Assembly: GCA_023228705.1 (NCBI GenBank)
Contig: JALOAS010000004.1
Coordinates: forward strand, 1,042 to 65,041
DNA length: 64,000 bases
Source: Ottowia sp.
Lineage (GTDB): Bacteria; Pseudomonadota; Gammaproteobacteria; Burkholderiales; Burkholderiaceae_C
Reading direction: 5' to 3'
Shown here: positions 10,338-17,397 of the stretch, piece after piece
Position numbering within the stretch: position 1 is the stretch's first letter
Layout of the letters: each line of letters starts with the position of its first letter
The notes under the pieces: generated by a model
What the model saw: only the letters and a program-made list of their open reading frames with translations
Told to the model about the DNA's origin: nothing
Database searches by the model: none
Translations under genes and position numbers: made by a program

Positions 10338-11180
10338 TCATTCGCGCCGCATGACAAAGCGCCGGACGTAGTCGTTGGCCGGCTGCGCAATGATGCCCTG
10401 CGGGCTGCCGGCCTGCTCGACGCGGCCCTCGCGCAGGATGACGATGTGGTCGCCCAGGCGCAGCGCTTCGGCGATGTCATGCGTGACAAAGACGATGGTC
10501 TTGTGCAGTTGCTGCTGCAGCTTGAGCAGCTCGTCCTGCATGTCGTAGCGGATGAGCGGGTCCAGCGCGGAAAAGGCCTCGTCCATGAGGATGATGCCGG
10601 CGTCTATGGCCAGCGCGCGCGCCAGGCCCACGCGCTGGCGCATGCCGCCCGACAGCTCATCCGGGTAGCGCTTTTCATAGCCGGCCAGGTTGACCCGCTC
10701 CAGCCACTGGCCGGCCTTGGCCCGCGCCTGCGCCACCGGCTCGCCGCGCACGCGCAGGCCGAAGGCCACGTTGGCCAGCACGTCCAGGTGCGGCAGCAGC
10801 CCGAAGTTCTGGAACACCATGCTGATGGCATGGCGCCGCCATGCGCGCAGCTCGTCCAGGCTGAGGGCCAGCACGTTCTTGCCATCGACGCGGATTTCAC
10901 CGGCCGAGGGATCGATGAGCCGGTTGATGTGCCGCACCAGCGTTGACTTGCCCGACCCGGACAGCCCCATGATGCAGGTGATGCGGTCGGCCGGGATGCG
11001 GGCATCGACGCCAGCCAGGCCCACGCTGGCGCCGGTCTGCTCCTGCACCTGCTCCTTGTCGACGCCGTCGCGCAGCAGCGCCAGCGCCCGGGCCTCCGCG
11101 GCAGCCGGTCCAAACACCTTGTAGATGCCGTGGATGCCGATCTTCACCGGGGTTTCGGTCTGCAGCGGCTGCGCGCTCAT
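10338..11180 (-). CDS. glycine betaine/proline-type ABC transporter ATP-binding protein (ProV-like, no CBS tail)
   Basis: Start at MSAQPLQTETP, 280 aa. Walker A is GLSGSGKST, the ABC signature is LSGGMRQRVGLARAL, and Walker B is IILMDEAFSALD. ATGA overlap with the upstream permease stop. Confidence 0.9.
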   Translation of the reverse strand: MSAQPLQTETPVKIGIHGIYKVFGPAAAEARALALLRDGVDKEQVQEQTGASVGLAGVDARIPADRITCIMGLSGSGKSTLVRHINRLIDPSAGEIRVDGKNVLALSLDELRAWRRHAISMVFQNFGLLPHLDVLANVAFGLRVRGEPVAQARAKAGQWLERVNLAGYEKRYPDELSGGMRQRVGLARALAIDAGIILMDEAFSALDPLIRYDMQDELLKLQQQLHKTIVFVTHDIAEALRLGDHIVILREGRVEQAGSPQGIIAQPANDYVRRFVMRRE

Positions 11181-13165
11181 GCGCGGTTCCCCCGGTTGCG
11201 CGCGGCCCGGCGCTGGCGCGAGGTGCGGCCGTAGGCCTGCGTGATGCGGTCGATGACGATGGCCAGGATGACGATGGCCACGCCCGCCTGCAGCCCGCGC
11301 CCCACGTCCAGCGTCTGGATGCCTGCCAGCACGTCCTCGCCCAGGCCGCGCGCGCCTATCATGGACGCGACCACGACCATGGCCAGCGCCATCATCGTTG
11401 CCTGGTTGATGCCGGCCATGATGCTGGGACGCGCCAGCGGCAGCGTGACCCGGGTCAGCATCTGCCAGCGCGTGACGCCAAAGGACTGCGCCGCCTCGGT
11501 GATGTCGCGGTCGACCTGGCGCAGCCCGAGCGTGGTCAGCCGCACCAGCGGCGGGATCGCGTAGACCACGGTGGCAAACAGCGCGGGCACCTTGCCCAGG
11601 CCGAACAGCATGAGGATGGGTACCAGGTAGACAAAGCTGGGCAGCGTCTGCATGGCGTCCATGATCGGGGTCACCACGCGCCGCAGCGTCCGGCTTTGCG
11701 CCGCCAGGATGCCCAGCGGCACGCCCAGGACGATGGTGATGGCGGTGGCCACCAGCATGAGCGCCAGCGTTTGCATGAGCGGCTGCCACAGGCCCACGGC
11801 ACCGATCGCGTACAGCCCCGCCACGTAGAGCACCGTGGCCACGGGCTTGCGCGTGGCGTGCCAGGCCACGGCGGCAACCAGCGCCAGCAGCAGCCAGGGC
11901 GGAATCGCCTCCAGCCCGCGCTCCAGCGGCAGCAGCACGCTGTGCAGGATCAGGTTGCTCACCTTGCGCAAGCGGGTGCCGTAAGCGCTGACCACGTTCA
12001 TCAACTGCTGGTTGACGATTTGCGCGGTGGACCAGTCGGGGAAAAAGCCGGATGCGGCGGTGGTCTTGTTTTCCCGCTTGCTGCCAGCGCCCGTGCCGCC
12101 GCCTGGCACCGTCGGTACCGATGCGGCGCCGGCATCGGACACATGCAAGAACGCATTGATCTTGGCCACTGCCTCCTCATCGAACCAGGCGCGCCAGACC
12201 TCCGGATTTTCCTGCAGGAATTCCTGCGCCAGTTCCTTGCCACCCCGGTGCGTTTCGGTCATCTGGAGGATGACGCCATTGAGCAGTTCGGGCTCGACCT
12301 GCAGGCGCTTGAAGAAGCGGATCACCTGCGGATTCCTGTCGGCAAAGCCGGAGGTCACGGCCACGCCCAGGTGCGCCACCGGGAAATCCGACGCGCACAT
12401 GTGGTCGCCACCGTTGAGGACGGTGTCCCAGCAGGCTGGGTCAAACGGCGCCTGCTCTATCTTGGCAAAGTCGTACTTGGCCATCAGCCCGGCGGGCTGC
12501 CAGTAGTAAAAGAGGATGGGCACGCCGCGGTCAAAGGCCGAGCTGATCGCCGAATCCAGCGCTGCCCCCGTGCCGGCGCGGGAGTTGACGTAGTCGTCGG
12601 TCAGGTGATACAGCTCCAGCAGGCGGGTGTTGGTCTTCTCGCAGACCCAGCCGCGGGGGCAGTTGAGAAAGCGGCCCCTGGACGGCTCTTCCGGGTCGGG
12701 AAACAGCGCCTTGTAGCGCGGCAGGTCGCGCCAGCTCTTGAGGTCGGGCGCGGATGCCTCTATGCTGCGTTCCGGATCGCCGTGCACCACGTAGTCCGGG
12801 ACGAACCAGCCCTGCGTTGCGCCGCCCTTCAGCGTATCGCCCACGACCTGCACCGTTCCATCGTCAACGGCTTGCTGGATGATGGGCGCCCGGCCGGTCC
12901 ACTGCTCGGCAATGATGTCTATGTCGCCCTGCGCCAGCGCCGTCTCCAGCGCCGCGGTGGTGCCGGGGACGACGTCGGTCTTGCAGTCAAAAGCCGCCTG
13001 CAGCAGGATCTGGATGAGATGCGTGGTGAAGTCGGCGCTTTCCCAGTCCTGCCCCGCCAGGCGGACCGGATCGCCGCCATTGCATGTGGCGGCGTGGGCC
13101 GCAACCGGCGGCAGCCCCAACCCCAGGGCAAGGGCAGCCGCGGTCAGTATGCGCTTGAGGTCCAT
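11177..13165 (-). CDS. fused substrate-binding domain / ProW-like permease of a glycine betaine-type ABC transporter
   Basis: 662 aa. A signal peptide and a roughly 330-aa OpuAC-like domain are followed by a Gly/Ala linker and a transmembrane domain containing an EAA-type loop (ITEAAQSFGVTRWQMLTRVTLPLARPSIMAGINQ). Confidence 0.85.
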   Translation of the reverse strand: MDLKRILTAAALALGLGLPPVAAHAATCNGGDPVRLAGQDWESADFTTHLIQILLQAAFDCKTDVVPGTTAALETALAQGDIDIIAEQWTGRAPIIQQAVDDGTVQVVGDTLKGGATQGWFVPDYVVHGDPERSIEASAPDLKSWRDLPRYKALFPDPEEPSRGRFLNCPRGWVCEKTNTRLLELYHLTDDYVNSRAGTGAALDSAISSAFDRGVPILFYYWQPAGLMAKYDFAKIEQAPFDPACWDTVLNGGDHMCASDFPVAHLGVAVTSGFADRNPQVIRFFKRLQVEPELLNGVILQMTETHRGGKELAQEFLQENPEVWRAWFDEEAVAKINAFLHVSDAGAASVPTVPGGGTGAGSKRENKTTAASGFFPDWSTAQIVNQQLMNVVSAYGTRLRKVSNLILHSVLLPLERGLEAIPPWLLLALVAAVAWHATRKPVATVLYVAGLYAIGAVGLWQPLMQTLALMLVATAITIVLGVPLGILAAQSRTLRRVVTPIMDAMQTLPSFVYLVPILMLFGLGKVPALFATVVYAIPPLVRLTTLGLRQVDRDITEAAQSFGVTRWQMLTRVTLPLARPSIMAGINQATMMALAMVVVASMIGARGLGEDVLAGIQTLDVGRGLQAGVAIVILAIVIDRITQAYGRTSRQRRAARNRGNRA

Positions 13166-13491
13166 CGTGGCTCTGCCGTCCGCTCACGCACCTGGAATCA
13201 TGCTCCGGCCGCTGGCTGCGGCCACCACGCATGCGCGCTGCTGCCCAAACTGCCGCAGCCACGCCACAGTGTGCAGGTGTATGGAGCGAGGGTAACATGC
13301 ACGTGCACCAAGGATGATGGCAAGCTGTGACAACGCGTGATCCACGTCCGTCCGCTGTCGCATGCCTGTTTGCAACAGCCAGCCTCATGTTCGCGCTACG
13401 CTTGTTATGAGACTGCCGGACAGATGGGGCCAGAAGCGGGCTGACCAGAAGGTGCAGCCACGAGCCATGTTGCACACACGTTGAGCCTTTG

Positions 13492-13626
13492 TCCCAGGAG
13501 CCTGTCGGACTTTGGTCCAATCTACTGCGCCGGTGGGACAAGCGGTCCATTTTTGCCCGCTTGTCCCACTCGGTTGGCTTCGCCGCTCTGCGAGAACGCT
13601 ACGATCGCCAAAGCACGACAGACTCC
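13492..13626 (+). repeat. palindromic MITE-like element, copy 1 (135 nt)
   Basis: Near-identical to 42179..42367 apart from an insertion in that copy. Imperfect terminal inverted repeats ggagcctgtcggactttgg / ccaaagcacgacagactcc. Central 13-bp perfect hairpin gtgggacaagcgg-N11-ccgcttgtcccac (13533..13569). Confidence 0.8.
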
Positions 13627-13697
13627 GAGGGAAGTGTGCGACACTCCCATCGACCCCATGTCAGACGATCCTTGGGCTTTGGCCACCCCCAAAACAC

Positions 13698-14870
13698 ATG
13701 GACTACACCTCACTTGGCAACCGACACATAACAAGCTCAAACACGGCGATCAACAAGACGAAGCCGCAAGCCGGCAGTGGCCACGCGCCCATCGTCGGCG
13801 TGGTCGCCAACCCCACATCTGCGCGTGATATCCGACGCGTTGTTGTCAATGCGGGCAATCTTCAGCTTGCAGACAGGGTCAGCATCATGCTGCGCCTGCT
13901 GGCGGCGCTGGGCTCATGCGGCATCCGCAACGTCCTCATGATGCCCGACCGACATGGGCTTTGTGCCCTGCTGCAGCGCAACCTGGAGAGGGAACGTGCC
14001 TATGCGAAAGCCTCTGAACGCTGGCCCACGCTGACTCTACTCGACATGCCGGTGACTGGCACCGTGCAAGACAGTCAGCGCGCTTCCCGGCTCTTGCAAC
14101 GCGCTGGAGCGGCAGCAACCATCGTCCTGGGTGGTGATGGCACGCATCGCGCTGTTGTGTCGGAATGCGCTGACGTCCCCATAGCCGGCTTGTCCACGGG
14201 TACCAACAACGCTTACCCGCAGACACATGAACCAACATCTGTCGGTCTGGCCGTCGGCTTGTACGCCAGCGGGCGCATACCCGCAGCCGTTGCACTTGTC
14301 ACCAACAAGTGTCTGGACATACAGATCTTTCGCGCGGGCACACAAACCCTGCACGAGATTGCACTGGTCGACGTGGCCGTGTTGCGCGATCCATTCATAG
14401 GGGCTGGTGCGATGTGGGACGCAGATGCCCTTGCTGCCCTGTATCTGAGTTTTTCCGAACCGGATGCCGTCGGGCTGTCGTCCATAGGTGGTTTGCTGCA
14501 ACCTGTCGGACGACGCGAGGCTGGCGGCCTGTACGTTGAGCTGGCGCCCTGCGACAGCAAGGGTGGCGCACCACCCAAATTCATGCTCATGGCCCCCATC
14601 GCCCCAGGCCTGTTGCGGCCCATCGGTATCCGGCACTGGCAACGCCTCGAAAACGGCGTCCCCGCAAAAATTCAACGCGGAAGCGGCGCCATTGCACTGG
14701 ACGGTGAGCGTTCTATTGGCTTTGCCGCTGACGACACCATTCAGGCGACATTGCATGAAAACGCATTTTTGTCGGTGGACGTCAAGGCGTGCATGCGCTA
14801 CGTGGCCACGCAGGGCATATTGCGCAATTTTTCATCTGATGGAGCAGTATCTGCGCCTGATATGCCATAA
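13698..14870 (+). CDS. ATP-NAD kinase family protein, AcoX-like
   Basis: Start at MDYTSLG within ORF 13512..14870, 390 aa. Contains IVGVVANP and the IVLGGDGTHRAV (GGDGT) motif. Its proximity to acoA/acoB-like genes recalls acoX of the Cupriavidus necator acoXABC operon. Confidence 0.7.
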   Translation: MDYTSLGNRHITSSNTAINKTKPQAGSGHAPIVGVVANPTSARDIRRVVVNAGNLQLADRVSIMLRLLAALGSCGIRNVLMMPDRHGLCALLQRNLERERAYAKASERWPTLTLLDMPVTGTVQDSQRASRLLQRAGAAATIVLGGDGTHRAVVSECADVPIAGLSTGTNNAYPQTHEPTSVGLAVGLYASGRIPAAVALVTNKCLDIQIFRAGTQTLHEIALVDVAVLRDPFIGAGAMWDADALAALYLSFSEPDAVGLSSIGGLLQPVGRREAGGLYVELAPCDSKGGAPPKFMLMAPIAPGLLRPIGIRHWQRLENGVPAKIQRGSGAIALDGERSIGFAADDTIQATLHENAFLSVDVKACMRYVATQGILRNFSSDGAVSAPDMP

Positions 14871-14914
14871 ACAGCCGATGTGAGCACGGCCGCAAAACGC
14901 AACCACCATCCAGT

Positions 14915-15145
14915 TTACTCAATCGTTGCAATCACCGCGCCCCGGTCGAGCACAGCGTCTTCGGATTCACGAATATGCAGCGTGCCAGACGCGGGTGCAG
15001 CGATTTCAAACTGGGATTTCTCAACCATGATCTCGACGATCATGTCTCCCTCCTTCACGACCGTGCCATCGTCATACGCCCAAGACGTGATGACAGCCTG
15101 TGTATCATCGTCCCACAAATCGGTTGGAATTCTGACGTCTGCCAT
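14915..15145 (-). CDS. free-standing lipoyl (biotin/lipoyl attachment) domain protein
   Basis: 76 aa with GDMIVEIMVEKSQFEIAAPASGTL, where the candidate lipoyl-lysine sits in the hairpin turn. Starts 4 nt after the E1 beta stop. Confidence 0.8.
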   Translation of the reverse strand: MADVRIPTDLWDDDTQAVITSWAYDDGTVVKEGDMIVEIMVEKSQFEIAAPASGTLHIRESEDAVLDRGAVIATIE

Positions 15146-15148
15146 TGG

Positions 15149-16189
15149 TCACCGTTCCATGCGCTGATAAGCAGCGATGATTTTGTCTGCCGACGGCAGC
15201 GCCCAATATTCCATCGACCGGCTATAGGGAATGGGAATGTCCGGAAATGCCACCCGTTGCGGGCTTGCCTTCAGGACCGAGATGTCACGCTCGGCAATGG
15301 TCGCAATGATCTCTCCCGTAATGCCATAGCTCTTGTAGTCTTCGTCAACGACGATGAGTCGGCCTGTTTTCTTGACAGACGCAAAGACATGGTCACGATC
15401 CAGAGGCACCAGTGAGCGCAAGTCGACCACCTCTGCACTGACGCCATCACTGGCCAATTTTTCGGCCGCCTGCAACGCCCAGTGTACTCCCATGCCAAGG
15501 CTGACGATGGTGATATCAACTCCTTCACGCACCGTCTTGGCCTTGCCGATTTCCACCGTGTACGGCTCTTCGGGACAAGCCACCGTAGCGCCTTTTTCGG
15601 TGCCAAGCCAGCCCATGCCCTGCAAGCGCTTGTGGAACATGTAGATAACCGGATTGGGATCGCGTATGGCCGCCGTCATCAGGCCCTTGGCATCGTACGA
15701 ATTGCTGGGCACCACCACTTTCATGCCGGGCAAGTGGGCAAAAGTACCGTACATGCACTGTGAGTGCTGGCCTCCGTCAGAATAGCCAGCACCAGTGGAC
15801 GTCATGAGCACCATAGGGACATGTACGTTGCCGCCGGAAAAATAGCAGTTCTTTGCTGCTGCGTTGTAGATGATGTCCAGACACACGCCGACAAAGTCGG
15901 CAAACATGAGTTCAACCACTGGGCGCATGCCATCCATGGCCGCACCCACGGCAGCACCTATGAATCCGGTCTCGGATATGGGCGTGTCGCGCACGCGCTC
16001 AGGACCGAATTCTTCGATCAGTCCACGGGTATTGCCAAAAACACCGCCAAGTGGTCCGATGTCCTCGCCCATGACAAATACACGTTCATCGGTTCGCATT
16101 TCGTGCGCGATGGCGTCTGCCATGGCACGTGCGATCGTCAGCCTCTTGTGTGCCGTCTTGGCGGCTGTAATTGTTTCTGCTTCAGCCAT
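15149..16189 (-). CDS. acoB: 2-oxoacid/acetoin dehydrogenase E1 component, beta subunit
   Basis: 346 aa with transketolase-like pyrimidine-binding and C-terminal domains (VFVMGEDIGPLGGVFGNTRGL...RVRDTPISETGFIGAAVGAA). Confidence 0.88.
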   Translation of the reverse strand: MAEAETITAAKTAHKRLTIARAMADAIAHEMRTDERVFVMGEDIGPLGGVFGNTRGLIEEFGPERVRDTPISETGFIGAAVGAAMDGMRPVVELMFADFVGVCLDIIYNAAAKNCYFSGGNVHVPMVLMTSTGAGYSDGGQHSQCMYGTFAHLPGMKVVVPSNSYDAKGLMTAAIRDPNPVIYMFHKRLQGMGWLGTEKGATVACPEEPYTVEIGKAKTVREGVDITIVSLGMGVHWALQAAEKLASDGVSAEVVDLRSLVPLDRDHVFASVKKTGRLIVVDEDYKSYGITGEIIATIAERDISVLKASPQRVAFPDIPIPYSRSMEYWALPSADKIIAAYQRMER

Positions 16190-16236
16190 GTGAAGTCTCC
16201 TTGATCAATAGGTACGATGCGAGATGGCGCAGACCG

Positions 16237-17223
16237 TTACGCAAATACATGTTGCATGGCCTCTTCGGGATCCGGGTATGAACTTTCTCGCCCGAATGCA
16301 ATGGCCGCGTCAACCTTGGCATGCGCGGCTTGCACCAGCTCACGATCGGAATCATCGGTCAGAGCGCCGGTTTCGATGAGACGTTTCGAGTAGGCAGGAA
16401 TGGGGTCTTTGGCCTGCAACGCCTCTTTTTCACCTTCGGGGCGGTAGCCTTCGGCATCACCAACAAAATGACCGGCAAGACGGTACGTCTCCAGCTCCAT
16501 CAGCGCTGGTCCCCCACCTTTTCGCATGCGCTCGATGATCTCGCCCGCTGCGTCAAAAATGGCATCTGCGTCGTTGCCAGGAACGTAGACGCCGGGCATG
16601 CCATATCCTGCAGCTCGTGCGTCATTGCGCGGCACGGCAGTCGACTGTGCTTTGCTAACCGAAATGCCCCATGAGTTGTCCTCAACCACGAACAGCACAG
16701 GCAGGTTCCAGACTGCCGCCAGATTGAGCGACTCATGAAAGGCTCCCGCATTGGTCGCGCCCTCGCCCAAGTAGGCGACAGCCACGCCGGGTTTCTTCTG
16801 CAAGTGTCGCGAGAGCATCGCGCCGACCGCCGGCGCCAGACCCTGCGCCACGATGCCGGCGCAGGAGAAATTGACCGTCGGGTCAAACAGGTGCATGTGC
16901 CCGCCACGGCCGCCGCTCAGCCCCGTCTTCTTGCCCATGATCTCCGCCACCATGCGGTTGAGGTCAACGCCCTTGGCGACCGCCACGTGGTGCGGGCGAT
17001 GGTAGGAGGTGACGACATCGGTTGGCGTCAAGTGGGCACACACGCCAACAGCGCACGGCTCCTGCCCGTTGGACAGGTGCATCTCACCCGGGATCGGCCC
17101 CTCTCCCATGTTGAAGACAGGGGTCTTGCCTTCCATGTAGACGGCCAGCAGCGACTCCTCTAGATATCGGCTGGTGACCATGTGTTTGTACATCCAGAGC
17201 TGCTGCTCAATTGTCGGCTTCAT
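16237..17223 (-). CDS. acoA: TPP-dependent acetoin/2-oxoacid dehydrogenase E1 component, alpha subunit
   Basis: 328 aa with TPP-binding motif region GEGATNAGAFHESLNLAAVWNLPVLFVVEDNSWG. Strong RBS (gaggag) 5 nt upstream of the ATG. Confidence 0.88.
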   Translation of the reverse strand: MKPTIEQQLWMYKHMVTSRYLEESLLAVYMEGKTPVFNMGEGPIPGEMHLSNGQEPCAVGVCAHLTPTDVVTSYHRPHHVAVAKGVDLNRMVAEIMGKKTGLSGGRGGHMHLFDPTVNFSCAGIVAQGLAPAVGAMLSRHLQKKPGVAVAYLGEGATNAGAFHESLNLAAVWNLPVLFVVEDNSWGISVSKAQSTAVPRNDARAAGYGMPGVYVPGNDADAIFDAAGEIIERMRKGGGPALMELETYRLAGHFVGDAEGYRPEGEKEALQAKDPIPAYSKRLIETGALTDDSDRELVQAAHAKVDAAIAFGRESSYPDPEEAMQHVFA

Positions 17224-17397
17224 TTTTGCTCCTCATTGTGATTTGTCTGCCAATCAGTTTAGTACGGCAAATGGTTTTCTGCACAGACCGACTTGGCGCC
17301 TTCCAGATACAAGGCAACGGAACTTGCAGCGCCTGGCTCCGTGCGCAGGGCAGATAAAAAGAAGTGTCGCCCGGCAGCAGTGTCCAGCTGCAACAAC

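Noticed and set aside
12987-13550. Two ORFs share the N-terminal peptide MDRLSHRRSRLDQS (12987..13550 and the first 31 codons of 40912..42237). Two plus-strand ORFs share GPIYCAGGTSGPFLPA.
   Set aside because: The shared peptides are translations of the repeated ~135-nt element, not a conserved protein. The real CoA-transferase starts at the RBS-preceded ATG at 42144.
17224-17260. A sigma54 promoter (ttGGCAGacaaaTCACA) in front of the E1 alpha gene, as expected for AcoR-dependent aco operons.
   Set aside because: The -12 element lacks the GC dinucleotide, the site is only about 30 nt from the ATG, and no AcoR-like activator gene is present.
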